The notes beneath the pieces were generated by a model. That model was given only the letters and a program-made list of their open reading frames with translations, was not told where the DNA came from and ran no database searches. Shown here piece by piece: positions 28,355 to 41,571 of a DNA stretch of 64,000 bases. The translations under genes and the position numbers were made by a program. The stretch lies in NCBI GenBank assembly GCA_964016885.1, contig CAXHJY010000522.1:135516-199515 (forward strand). Reading direction: 5' to 3'. Each line of letters starts with the position of its first letter. Positions within the stretch are counted from its first letter, which is position 1. This stretch comes from Eledone cirrhosa. Taxonomy: Eukaryota.

Positions 28355-28543
28355 TAAATAATTGTTTCTACTTATGGCACAAGGCCAGCAATTAACCAGT
28401 ACATTACTAGTACTTTATTTTATCAACCCCGAAAGGATGAAAGGCAAAGTTAACCTTGGCGGGATTTGAACTCAGTCCGTAAAGGGACGTAACTCTATTG
28501 CAAAGCATGGCGTCCGACCCTCTACCGATACTGCCAGTTCACC
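28355..28543 (-). mobile_element. tRNA-derived SINE, same family as 16112
   Basis: aataataattgtttctac..ggcacaaggccagc...gggatttgaactcag...ccgaccctctaccgatactgcca. Confidence 0.9.
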
Positions 28544-28597
28544 AATGAATGAATATTACATAATTCATCTACGTGGCTGTTCATTAAATATATTTTA

Positions 28598-28741
28598 CTA
28601 GCTTAGGTACCCAGCTTCGCCAAGGTTAACAAATGACAAGAGAAGACCGGCAGAAGAGAAAACGTCTGTATTGAATGCATTGTCTTGTTTACAGTGTGTG
28701 TGTATTGTGTGAGTGTGTGTGTATGTTTGTGTATATATATA

Positions 28742-28795
<54 letters not shown>

Positions 28796-30169
28796 TGCAT
28801 GTGTGTGTATGTGTATATATATATATATAGGTGTGTGTGTGCCTGTGTGTGTGTGCATGTGTAAACCACCGTTGGAATCGGAGACATAGGCCGCGAAACA
28901 CAATCATCATGGACAACGAACTTGCAAAGAGAATCCCTTATGGTTGATTCCCAACCTGCTAGAAATAGCAGTCAGGCTGGTTAGCATAGGTGGTATGTCT
29001 TTCTTCTTCTTTGGTGTTATAAAATTAGTATCAATAAACTTTCCTGGATATATTCTTATCCCAATCCTGTACATACTTTACGATTGTCATTTTTCATTTT
29101 TTCGTGTGATACGCGAAGGAACCAACCAACAAACCATCTATCTTTTATATCTCTTTTATTTGTTCATTCAAAATATTTTTCAGCTAATTCTGTCGTACAA
29201 TATACATCAGCAATCGTTATCTAATGTTTAAAACATATGAATAGCTGCGATATATGCACCATATCAATCAAAAACGATGAGAATTGAATACCATACTAAA
29301 GCCCCAGTAAGCTTGCTAAGAACCTGCAGATAGAAATGTTAATAAATATAACATTTGGCTTGGGTAAACTTTAAGATGTTCTTTCATTGTAGGTTTCTTT
29401 TCTCAGCCAGTACGTTAAAGAAAATTGATAGTTACAACAATAAAGGTTGAGCAGAGAACAAATTTTTTAACAAATTTTACAATAATTTGTACAACCATAA
29501 TGCAAATTCCAAGTAACAGAAAATACATAAATTACATTGTTAGAGCCTCAGAGTATACAATATCTTTTGTTCGGCCCTCGGGAGCAAAGATGAAGAGATT
29601 GTTTGGCGAGCTCAACCTAGAGCATCCCATATACAATTGACCATGGTTTTCCCAGATGAAGGCCATCCACTTTTAGGGTGGCAAATCGGCAGTAACAATG
29701 ACGATAAGCCGTCTGTGCTTTGGTGAAATAAATACGTTTGTTTATATTTTGTTTTTGTGTATGCAAAAATATCTGTACACGGATATATAATTATATATAT
29801 ATATATATTAAAATAATAGATTAAAGTTTAAGCAAAGAATCGCTGCTTTCACCCTTAACAGGATCTCTGAAACTAAAAAAATCAATCTGTGAAACCAAAA
29901 GTAAATATTTCGAAAAACGTTGCAACCGAAAGAAAACAGTGAAGATGTTAGGAATGTCATATAACCGAAAGTGTTGACATTTGAAAATTTTAAAGAAGTG
30001 AATATTTAAATAATGTCTTTAATGTTTTAACAAAATTCAGTGGACAAAAATACACTCACTTTCTTACTTGGAAAAAGTTACATCTATGGTGCAAATTTGG
30101 TGCTGTCTGGTCCAGCCGCTTGGCGGAAAGTTTGTTACTTACATACGGCCGTCAGCTTTATAGTATAGA
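28598..30169 (-). mobile_element. Internally deleted Helitron retaining the helicase C-terminus
   Basis: Minus strand begins A|TCtatactataa and ends ttggcgaagctgggtacctaagCTAG|T; contains a RepHel C-terminal remnant. Confidence 0.8.
29532..29670 (-). pseudogene. Helitron PIF1-type helicase C-terminal remnant
   Basis: HGQLYMGCSRLSSPNNLFIFAPEGRTKDIVYSEALTM* fits helicase motif VI (HGQLYVACSRV) and the typical KTKNIVY.EAL terminus. Confidence 0.85.
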
Positions 30170-31632
30170 TTACTTATTTAAAGATTCACTTATTTAAAGA
30201 TTCGCTTCTTTAAAATGTTCAAATGTCAATACTTCCTGTTAGCGATCGCTTAAATAAACATTCATATATTGCTGTCACTAATTTTCTCCTAATGCAGTTT
30301 ATATATATCGTCTTTTTTAAATGTACCATGGATTACATTACTGATTACATAAGAGAGTGTAACACAGTCTTTGTTCAATTTCTGTGTATATTGTCAATTA
30401 TGATTGACATGCTAGCAGCAAACCATCCAAAGAGTGGTTTTTCTGCTAGTATATATAATTTTGACAGGAAATGTATGGAATATAGAAAATTGGCTGTACA
30501 GTCAGTTTAGTAATTTCACTTTTAACCTCTTGTATGACATGACTCTACCCAACACCATATCACATCAGTGGAATAATCTTCAGAGGCAAGAAGCAGAGCT
30601 ATGTTTACATTAGTTTTAAAAGAGATGATGATGATGAACTCTTTTTAGTAAGGGAGATAACTGATTGGTTTCTCTATTCAATTTCATCTTTGCATTGAAA
30701 TTGAATTGGATTTTATCAGATTTTATTGATTTTTTTTTGTTTTTTTTTTCTTGATAATATTTGTTTTTTTCAATAGCTGCTGATCAACGACTAATATTGA
30801 CAATATAATTTGATGAATTAATAGCTGATAAGAATATTTTGCTTTTGGAAATGTTTTGTGATTTATGTATGACTATTACTAATTACATTTAATCAATTAA
30901 CATTTTTCTTTTCATCTGTTTTGTGTGCACCTGTCTTTTAATTGAAATTAACAACCATACATGATTGAAAAAAACTTCTTTTTTTTTTTAAATACTGCTA
31001 TCTTTTAAAACAATCTGTTCACTAAATATACTACAAATATCAGAAGAAACAAACCCATTTTTAGGGTTTGTTTATTAAGTGTTAGTGTTTAGTGTTTCCA
31101 AAACTTCAATTGATTTTAACACTGCTATAAGGGCACCAATTTTGGGATAGGATTAAAGTTGACCTGTACTTTATTTTATTGATGCCAGAAGGATGAAAGG
31201 CAAAATTGAACCAAGCAGGATTTGAACTCACAAAATAAAAAGCTGGAACAAATACCACAAAGCATTTTATCCAACATTCTAGAATGCTTTGCATTATTTG
31301 TTCAGGATCTAACAAAATAGGCAAAAAATAATCAAACTATGAAGAACGTTTTGAGTGGTCTCATACACACATTATTGAAATGTTTAGCAAATCAGATGCA
31401 AACAAGTACAATGTTTATTCTTTGAGAAGTCAGTTGAATGGGAATATCAACTATAATATGCCACATGTATTTATTTGTATATTTATAAATATCTTCGGCT
31501 GTAACTCTTAAAATCTACATGCACACACACACACACAATGTATTTCTTATCTTAATCATGTTACTACAATAATTGCAAATTTCAATCACAAGGCCCTGGG
31601 TTCTAACCTACATTTGTCTCTGTAAATATTTA

Positions 31633-32634
31633 CTGTATATACTCTAATATAAACGGACACCCTATTTTATGCCTGATAAATAGGCAAAAGTCCAAACCCC
31701 ATTTATAAGCCATGGCAGCTAATCAACACATTATGTTAAGATGGCGTGGTTTTGAAATTCTCATGAGTATAAAATATATTTATGAAGTTTTAATATTTTG
31801 ATGTTTGAAATGTTTTAAGTTAAGTTTTGTTTAGAATATAGTTTTTGTTTCATGACTCCATTACATAATGAGTTTCCATTACATTAAGTTTCAAGAAGTT
31901 TCTCAAATGTTTGTTTACTTCTGGCCACTCACATGCTAGGATTACTTTGAAAGCAAGAGATCGAATAAGAGAACTTTGGATAGGGATTCATAGAGTAGGA
32001 GAGAACGAGAGAAAGAGCAAGTAGGAGAGTGAGAGCAATAAAATAAAATCAAGAATAAAATTTCAATCTTACGTAAGATTGAAAGAAAAAGAATTATCAA
32101 GCCAGAGAAAAGCATGTATGTGTGTATGCATGCATGTATATGTGTGCATGCATTTATGTGTATGGGATATTTATGTATTAAAAAGTTCAGATTATAAACA
32201 TTTGTTGGAAATCTTTTCAAGGGAATATATAGATAACACCAATGATGATGTAAATGTAGAAAAACTTTTATTCTAAAAATAATTGTTTCTACTTTAGGCA
32301 CAAGGCCAGCAATTACTCAGTGCATTACTGGTACTTTATTTTATCGACCCCATAAGGATGAAAAGCAAAGTCAACCTCGGTGGGATTTGAACTCAGATCG
32401 TAAAGGGATGTAACTATGCTGGAAAGCATGGTGTCCGACCCTCTACCGATACTGCCAATCCACCGCCCTTTTATTCTAAAAATAATAACTCGAAAACAAT
32501 CACCTTATTTTATGTAGAATTTGAAGTTGGAGAAAATTGACACAATATTGACCTCGAATATAAGCCAACTCCCCATTTTACCATCGTTTTGTTTTCCATC
32601 ACATATATCTTGGCTTATATTCGAGTATATACGG
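31633..32634. mobile_element. Tc1/mariner-superfamily (pogo/Fot1-type ends) non-autonomous element
   Basis: TA-flanked TIRs: ctgtatatactctaatataaac at left, ccgtatatactcgaatataagc (reverse complement) at right; SINE nested inside. Confidence 0.75.
32284..32467 (-). mobile_element. Full-length SINE with 19-bp TSD
   Basis: cttttattctaaaaataat at 32265-32283 and 32468-32486. Confidence 0.92.
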
Positions 32635-34729
32635 TATTTCTCCAAAGTTACTTATACATTTAATCCTGTATATCATTTGGACATATAGGCAGAACACCTA
32701 TGCAACTATATCTTAGAAATAAATTATCAAAATATTTTTATATTTAATCACTTTCACATGTCAATAATCAATGTAAACTATATTGTTTTTCATATGCAAT
32801 CTATGAATTTATCAAAACACAAATTCCCAGTTTGTGATAGTTAATGTATCTGTTAATCCTGGTATATATGGCATATCAACCCAAGGCTCTAAAAATTAAA
32901 TACAGCGCTGGTCCATCAGTATATAAAATCTATACTATAAGAGCCGAGCCTGTCAGTCCATCCGTCATCACGCTCTCTATATAGAGGGAGGGAATACTAC
33001 TCAACTACCTCCTCTCTCTACCTAAAGTGTGTCTGTGAATGAATGAAAAGAATATACATTTGTATCAAGGTTTCAGGCTGTAAAGCTAAAGGTGGCGGGG
33101 TTTTTTCAACAAGTGTGTATTGATGTTGACAGCTTCGCACTTATAATTCCAGCCTTTTTAATGAAAACCCTCTCTTTAACTCTCATTCACCCCGCCTCCC
33201 CTTCTCTCTAACTAAAGCATAATCTTAACTTTAGCCTGTGTCATTTAATATTTATAAATATATATAAGAACTTGTAATTGTCTAAGGTTCATTTGGCCGT
33301 ATAGATACATTGCTTTACCTCTAATGCATCTTTAGGTTGTTTCAAGAAGGTACTTCTTCAGATGACCTACTTTGGAGATGTAGGCGAGGTGGGGAGGTAT
33401 CAGAAAAGTTCTGGGTGGGGAGGTATCAGAAAAGTTCTGTATTAATTCATTTATGCTATTTTAATTTTTTCACTTCTTTATGTCTACTCATTGTGCCAAA
33501 AGTAGAAACAATTATTTAACTCTACAAAGAGATCACTTTATAATTTCTACAAATTACCTAAAATGTATATAGTTGTTTAAAAGGAACATTACAGAAACTG
33601 AAAAATTATTACATTATTATGTACGTTCAATTTTTTTCTTAATTTCACATCACTTTATTAAATTCAAAATTTGTATAACTCATTAAGCAATAATGATAAA
33701 TAACAGAATACTTTTTAACATAAACTTACACATAACTCATTAAGAACATTGTAGAGTTTCATGTGCTCAGCTTATTTATAATATAAAATTGCCTCTTTGC
33801 CATTTGCTGATATCCACAAGCTTGGAAAAGATGGGCTTACACTGATTCTTTGAGCAGAAAAATCATTGAGAACTTATTAGGCACAACTAGTAGGTATAAA
33901 ATGTGTATATTTCTTTTGAATAACTATAACGTTGTGTCTTTGATACCATACTTCCAAATACACACCTCCACATCTCTTACATAACCAAAGCCCTGAACCC
34001 TAAAACTCTGATGTGCCTCAGCTGTAGACATAAAGAAACCAATTTTATTGCCTGATTATTTCATTAGTCATGATGGTAAAGATTGGAAATTATCATCATC
34101 GTTATTATCACCATCATCATTTTATGCCTGTTTTTTCATGCTGGCAAGTGTTGGACATCGTGGTCTGTGACTAAACTGGCCAGTAAACCTTGTCTTTCCC
34201 ATAAGTTCCATATCTAACATAGCACCTATGGTCGGATGCCCTTCCTAATGACAATCACTTTGCAGAGTACCAAGAGCATTTTATTGTGGCACTAGCACTT
34301 CCACGGAGTATACTGGTTGCATTATAAAAATATAGAGATCTGGATGATGAAAACAGAAACAATCCTTATAATAATAGGTACTCTGGCAATGGTAATTAAA
34401 ATACATGGATAGATACAAAACTGAAATGCAAGATTTACTAGTATATTAAACATACAGAAAATGGCACTGCTGAACACACTTTATGAAGAGTATTTTGATA
34501 CAATAGAAACAACACTATACATTTTCAAGGCACACAGAGCTGTGCTCAATAATGTTGTGACAGCATGCAATGAATATAAGAGTATTAGCAATAATAGTAA
34601 TTGCAATGAATATAAGGTGATAGCAATAATAATGATTATTTCCTTATTGAAAAACAAGGGCCAAAACATGTAGAACAATACAAAAGTCAGGGACAGTTAG
34701 AATTTACATAAAATCAAATAAAATAAAAT

Positions 34730-35797
34730 AAGGTAATAGATAACAATAATAATTTAATCACAACAATAAAAATTCCCTAATAGGGGGTAGGACCACCAAG
34801 GTGTAACTTAGGAACCCCACTGATCCTAAACCACCCTACTCTCCACAAGCATTCAAGAAAAGCACTCCTTGCCTCTCTAAACTCAGCCTATAGGTGCATG
34901 GTCTGAGTAGGCTCATTCACACAAGCCATCCTCGCTACATACACCAACCTTTTAACAAATGTACTGGGAGACAGCACTTCCCTCTCTACCCTCACCTTGC
35001 TTTCCAAGTGGAACTTGAAAAAGTTGAGGAGGGATTGGCTGAAGGGGAAAGTATCTGACTTCAGTCCATTCAGCTGCATCCACCACAAACTTCTTTAGCA
35101 GCAACTACCAGACAGAGGAAAACTGTCTGCCCTTCCTGGCCAAAAGATGGCAACAAGGCAACTTTCTCAATGGTCTCGGTAAATAGCCGGATCTGTCCTA
35201 TACATGATAATAGCTGTTCAACAAACTCCACAAGTCAACAGTGCATGAAGACTGGATAGGTGCAGAATAGTTTCATCACTCTGCGTGTCTCACAGCACTT
35301 CCATGCCTGTAGGGTTTGTTTCGAACCGGCAGTGCCCCCCGTATAGTACTGTCAAACCAAAGATTTCTGGTTGTTGTCTATAGTCCCTAGCTCGAAAGTT
35401 CTCGGGAACAGACTGATCCATTCAATTTTGTTGACACCCAGAGCTTCTTTGAGAATGTCATCACACTTGCCCACCAGCAATCCTCTATAGCACACTTGAT
35501 TGGAATTTCCACTGACCACATTCCCCAACTGGTAGAGGGCTGTGAGTACCCAACAACATTCCAGATGCCAGGTGCCCAGACTGGTCTTTCTTTCCTTAAT
35601 TCATGATTGCAGCTCAGTTAAAGAGACAAGCAGTGAAAGACCTGTCTGACAAATGGCTACCACACCTGTTCACCATTTAGGAATATTTGGAGCTGCCATA
35701 GCTTCAGCTTTTACTTGTGCATCATGCCCAGCCAGCCATCCATTTTGAGGGTGCTTGCAACAGATGGACCACCTCACCAATGGAACCTGTCCCTTCT
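34730..35797 (-). mobile_element. Degraded Tx1/L1-clade LINE 3' part
   Basis: WWMQLNGLKSDTF..FFKFHLESKVRVEREVLSPS.FVKR..VARM parallels the ORF end at 52212-52420. Confidence 0.8.
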
Positions 35798-35811
35798 AAA
35801 TCAAGTTGAAT

Positions 35812-36037
35812 AATAATAATAATTGTTTCTGATTTAGGCACAAGGCCAGTAATTTTCTTGGGGGGGGGGGGTCGATTAAATTGACCCCAGTGCATTACTT
35901 GTACTATATTTTATCGAGCCCATAAGGATGTAAGGCAAAGCTAACCTTGTGGGATTTGACTCAGAATATAAGGGACGTAACACTATGTTGCAAAGCATGT
36001 TGTCAGACACTCTACCAATATTACCAATCCACTGCCC
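35812..36037 (-). mobile_element. tRNA-derived SINE
   Basis: (AAT)n tail, family body, 5' end aatccactgccc. Confidence 0.85.
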
Positions 36038-36396
36038 TCACCAATAGCAATAATAATAATAATAGTTTATGGCTTCTTTACATGTTGGCATGGATGGGAC
36101 GGATTGTCATGGTCTAAGACTAGACAGGTCGGAAAAACCTATCAGAGATTCCATATTTGGAATGGTTTCTAATGCCAACCACCTTACAGAGTGTATACCA
36201 ACACAAACACATTATAGTGTATTGGGTGTATTTATCATAGCACCAACATTATCATTTTACAGAGTGAACTGGGTGCATTTTCTATTGGCACCAACTCTAA
36301 AGAGGTCATCGTATGCTTGGCCAGATGGGAGAGTTCTCACAACCACATATTCTTTCAATTTGAGTGCCAACCAAATAATAAAAATAATATGCTTAC

Positions 36397-36887
36397 CTCA
36401 ATAACTTTTGTGAGAGGAGTAGTTAATCCCGGTGTGGTAGAAGATGTAGGTGCAGTAGTAGTTGGAGTAGTAGGAGTAGTAGAAGTAGTACTATCCGTAA
36501 TAATGGTGGGGGTAGTAGTTGACGGCTTTGTAGAAGTATTTATGACTTGAGTTGTAATAATTTTTGAAGTCAAAGTTGTTGCAGGGTGACTTGATGTTGT
36601 TGACGTAACAGTCGTAGGTTTAGTTGTAGTAGTTGTAGATTTTGTTGATGTTTGTGTTGTTGGTTTTGGTGTTGGTTTTGGTGTTGTTGTTGTTATTGTT
36701 GTTGTTGTTTTAACAGTTGATTGTGAAGTAGATTCAATTTTTTTTGTAACAATAGGTGGCTGTGTGGAGCTTGGTGTTGTGGTTATATCATTGTCAACAC
36801 TTCGACGTGATCTTTTTACATTGAAGCTATTGATTAAAATCACAGATACAGGGCTGGACGGGCTTGAAGTCAAAGAGTATTCTACAG
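36397..36887 (-). CDS. Internal host exon: furin site plus Ser/Thr/Pro-rich mucin-like stalk of a probable secreted or membrane glycoprotein
   Basis: Acceptor gtttcttttccag| before 36887, donor GAG|GTAAGC after 36397, 491 nt open (phase 1 to phase 0); AVEYSLTSSPSSPVSVILINSFNVKRSRRSVDND followed by a Thr-rich tract with varied codons. Confidence 0.8.
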
Positions 36888-37881
36888 CTGGAAAAGAAAC
36901 AGAATAGACATTATTAGAGATTACTATCTTGAAAAAAGAAAAAAGAAACAAATATAGCTCACACCTATGCAGGTTTAGTTAGCCACCTATGAGATTGTAT
37001 TTTCTAGGATATTTCTTGGGTCTTTTCGTGATAGGGTGTAAGTTCTATCATGGAAAGCAACGTGAAATAATTGGCTTGCTCACAAACACAATATAGCAGC
37101 CACTCCAGGAATTGAACCCACGACCTTGTGATCATCTGTCCTACACCCTAATCAGAACACCACATGACTTTGATTATATATATAAACCTTCCATCATAGT
37201 TTTATGTAAGAGCTGTTATGTTACAAATACCAAATTCTTGATTATTTTCAAATTATTTGGAAATAATAGGCCATGTCTTTCATTAGAAATATGGTGAGGA
37301 GAGAGTTAATAATGTCCAAATGTGCAATATTTCTGCAGCTATAGTGATCCATAGTTAACAAATATTTATAAGTTATCTCGCTTTTACGCCTGGCATAGGC
37401 TAAAATAAGGAAGATTAAAGGTGTTATGATTGATCCTGATCTGGTATTGCTAAATAGGACTGGAGAACTAAGTGAAGCAGTGTTAATGAAGGTTAATAAT
37501 GAGAAAGACTTACTCTACTAATTAATTTCTCTTAGAACTAAATCACATTATAGGCTTGTCGAATGCCACACAAATTTTAATAACGAATAATAATCGGCTA
37601 AACAATAGACATAGAACCAGTAAAAGAATGACAAAATGTCCGAGAATGATATACTGTCCTATTTACCCTAATTAACAAAATTTCTCACCCAATACAGAAA
37701 GAAGTGTGAAACAAAGTTGTGGGAAAATGCTACCATAATATATTTGTGAAACAGTAATATGATGGCACACATAGACAGGCTTACTAGCTCCATTTGAATA
37801 GAAGTAATATTATTAACACACTATCTCCACCTCTCTAATCATCATCTCCTTACAGCCATTTTTCAATGTTATCTCTCGATC

Positions 37882-37914
<33 letters not shown>

Positions 37915-38197
37915 ATCATCATCTTTTTTGACATTCGTTTTTCCATGGATATATATATATATACATACATACAAACACATATATATATACACATACACAC
38001 AGGTATAGACATTTATATATATATATATATAATTATATATATATATATACATATACACATATATCATCATCGCTTAATGTCTATATTCCACGCTAGATGG
38101 GTTAGACGAGGAATTGTCCCACTTCAGGCAAGATTGATCGGGTGACCGTGCCTTGCTCACATATATATATATATATATACATGCATGCATATATATA

Positions 38198-38234
<37 letters not shown>

Positions 38235-38235
38235 G

Positions 38236-38284
<49 letters not shown>

Positions 38285-38428
38285 GCATGCATACATATAT
38301 ATATATATATATGCATGCATATATATATATATACATGCATCATCATCATTTTACGTCAGCTTTTCCCTGCTTGCAAAGGTGGGAAAGACCGACTATATAT
38401 ATATATATATATACATGCATATATATAT

Positions 38429-38627
38429 CCCAGTAGAAGGAAGACGCAGTAGAGGAAGACCACAAAAAACATGGGTGGAGGTGCCGAGAGCAGACCTCAG
38501 ATCGCTGAAGCTCATGGAGGAGATGACGGAGGACCTTGACAAGTGGAGAGATGCTGTGCTGAATAGTACCCGTCCCACCCTTGCAAGCAGGGAAAAGTGG
38601 ACATAAAATGATGATGATGATGATGAT
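38429..38627 (+). mobile_element. RTE subfamily C 3' end with (GAT)n tail
   Basis: [15 protein letters not shown]...[18 protein letters not shown] then (gat)n; flanked by TA repeats. Confidence 0.9.
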
Positions 38628-38699
38628 ATATGTATATACATGCATGCATCTATATATAAATACATGTATACATGTATGCATCTATATACATGTATATAT

Positions 38700-38732
<33 letters not shown>

Positions 38733-39189
38733 CATGCATATATCGATTGACTTTCGTCAAATCGGACCAAGGAAACAATGTTAGTCGGTCTTTCCAGTTG
38801 CTAGTACTATCTATCCGTCACAACTCCAGGTAGAAGGAGCAATGTGAAATAAAGTGTCTTGCCCAAGGACATAACACACAAAATTTGCACCATAGATGTA
38901 ACTTTTTCCAAGTAAGAAAGTGAGGGTATTTTTGTCTACTAAATTTAGTTAAACGATTAAAGATATTTTATTGTTTATTTAAATATTCACTTTAAAATTT
39001 TCAAACGTCAACACTTCCAGTTACTTCCGATTAGCGATCTCTCTCTTTCTTAGTGTCTTTTTGGATAGATATATAGCTATAACGTTGTGCCCTTATAATA
39101 TCTGTCTGTATGTCTGGCTGGCTGTCTGCATTACGAAAACCATTCTGTACATTGACTTCGCTCTGTGTGTGTGTGTGTGTGTGTGTATA

Positions 39190-39229
<40 letters not shown>

Positions 39230-39423
39230 TTAGTATCATAAATAAGAGACAGTTTAATTTGTACATTTTATTACAGCATTCCTTTATATGTATATATACA
39301 TACATAAACATGTTATTTACAATTTACAGTTGTATAAAAAAGAAGTACAATTGTTTCTACTTTTGGCACAAGGCCAGCAATTATTCCAGTGCATTACTGG
39401 TACTTTATTATATATAATATATA

Positions 39424-40063
39424 CTAGCAGAATGGCCCGACGTTGCTCAGCATTTGCTCTAGGGTTCTTATTTATTTGATATATATTTATCCTTATCGAG
39501 CCTCGTCAAATAAATAAGTTTGTTTATATGTTGTTATTGTGTATGCCAAAATATCTGTATACGAATATATAATTATATACATATATAAATATATTAAAAT
39601 AACAGATTAAAGTTTAAGGAAAGAATCGCTGCTTTCACCCTTAACGGGATCTTCTAAAACTAAAAAAAAAATCAATCTGTGAACGCAGAAGTAAATATTT
39701 CAAAAAATGTTACACACTATATATATTATATACACACACTATATATACATATATACACACACACACACACACAGCTACGTGATAATGTCGTAATGCAGAC
39801 ATCCAGACATACAGACAGATATTATAAGGGCGCCATATTATATCTATGTATCTATCTAAAAAGAGAAAGACTAAGAGTTATAGAGAGAGATCGCCTAAAT
39901 CGCCTAATGCTCCTAATCCGTAGGACATTGAATATTCGAAATTTTTTTTGCTCAAAACACTCACAGGACCATTATTATTACATGTGTAAAGTTTGAACAT
40001 CGTTTGAGTGTTTCTCGAGTTCTAGTGATCGGACAGACAGACAGACTGTTTTAGATATATAGA
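39424..40063 (-). mobile_element. Mosaic non-autonomous Helitron
   Basis: Minus strand A|TCtatatat..(ctgt)n start and gagcaacgtcgggccattctgCTAG|T end; 5' part resembles the 17380 family, 39500-39700 matches 29720-29920. Confidence 0.7.
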
Positions 40064-40224
40064 TAATACAACATTCCTCTCTCTTTCTTACTCTGTCTTT
40101 TTAGATAGATACATAGCTATAACGTTGCACCCTTATATCTGTCTGTATGTCTACCTGTCTGCATTGACTTCGCTTCTAACCAAATTTTAATTAATTATAT
40201 ATATATATAATTATATATTAGTAT

Positions 40225-41410
40225 ACATATTTTCAACAGTAATTCTATACTATATATATTTTCAACAGTAATACTGTACTGTACTATGTATTTTCAACTT
40301 TAATACTATACTATACTATCTATATATATATATAAAACTGAGGATGTCTGTCTGTGTGTGTGTGAGTTCGAATCCCTAAAACTCAAGAACCACCCAACCG
40401 ACTGTTTTCAAATTTTACACATATAATACTTATGTTTCACGGAGTGTTCTGAGCAAAACAAATTTCAAATTTTCAATGCCCTAGGGACCGCATTAGGCGA
40501 TTTAGCGATCTCGCTCTATAATTCTTAGTCTTTCTCTTTTTAGATAGGTACATACATATAACATCGCTCCCTTATAATATCTGTCTGTATTACGTCACTT
40601 CCCTGAGGATGTCTGTCTGTGTGTGTGTGTGTGTGTGTCTGTGAGTTTGAATCCCTAAAACTCAAGTACCCAACCGATTTTTTTCAAACTTTACATGTGT
40701 ATTACTTATGTTTCAGGGAGCGTTATGCACATACAATTAAACTTTTTTATCTCCTAGGGCCCGCATTAGGTGAAAATCTGCATTTTTAAAGATTTTTAGG
40801 GGTTTTTTGAGGCGTTATGTCAGACCGATTTCCTTGAAATTGTAACTATGTATTAGTCAGTCTCTTCATACTGTAAGCAAAAGAAATCCAACTTTCTTAT
40901 GGCCTAGGGCCCGCATTAGGTGAAAAACTTCATTTTTTCAGCTTCTTAGAGCTTTTTGGAGGCATTACGTCTAGCCGATTTTCCCGAAATTTAAACGCAG
41001 ATTATGCACATTAAAAAAAAAATTCATTTTCTTGGTCCCCTAGGGCCTGCATTAGGTGAAAACCTGCATTTTTCCTGCTTCATCGAGGAAAATCTTAAAG
41101 ATTATCCAGCCATCAGAGTATATGGTTTATTTTCTTTACATATTGTCCAGGCATGCAGTTTTTCCACGATTAGGTCTGTTGGCGGGCCGCATTCCAAAAT
41201 ACCTTATCACGTGCAATGCCGGGTACCACTGCTAGTACTATATATTTTCAACAGTAATACTATACTATACCATATGTTTTCAACAGTAATATTATACTAT
41301 ATATTTTCAACAGTAATACTGTATTATACTATATATTTTCAACAGTAATTCTATACTATATATTTTCAACAGTAATACTACACTATATATTTTCAACAGT
41401 TATACTATAC
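40225..41410. repeat. ~27-30 bp minisatellite interrupted by a Helitron
   Basis: tatatattttcaacagtaatactatac units at 40225-40318 resume at 41236-41410. Confidence 0.85.
40319..41235 (+). mobile_element. Non-autonomous Helitron, complete
   Basis: A|TC...cacgtgcaatgccgggtaccactgCTAG|T with no TSD; internal cctagggcccgcattaggtgaaaa repeats. Confidence 0.9.
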
Positions 41411-41521
41411 AGACGGCTTATCGTCTGTTTATCCATGCGAAGCTAAATACGTCAGCTATATATATCTGGATGCTGAAGAACACGGCAATGGTAGCCGGGC
41501 ACCAGCTGGATGGGCCAGCTA

Positions 41522-41566
<45 letters not shown>

Positions 41567-41571
41567 CATGG

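Noticed and set aside
32812-32888. Possible terminal exon PWVDMPYIPGLTDTLTITNWEFVF* (minus strand)
   Set aside because: Plausible acceptor, but the phase does not connect to the candidate upstream exons and no family is recognised; needs RNA-seq
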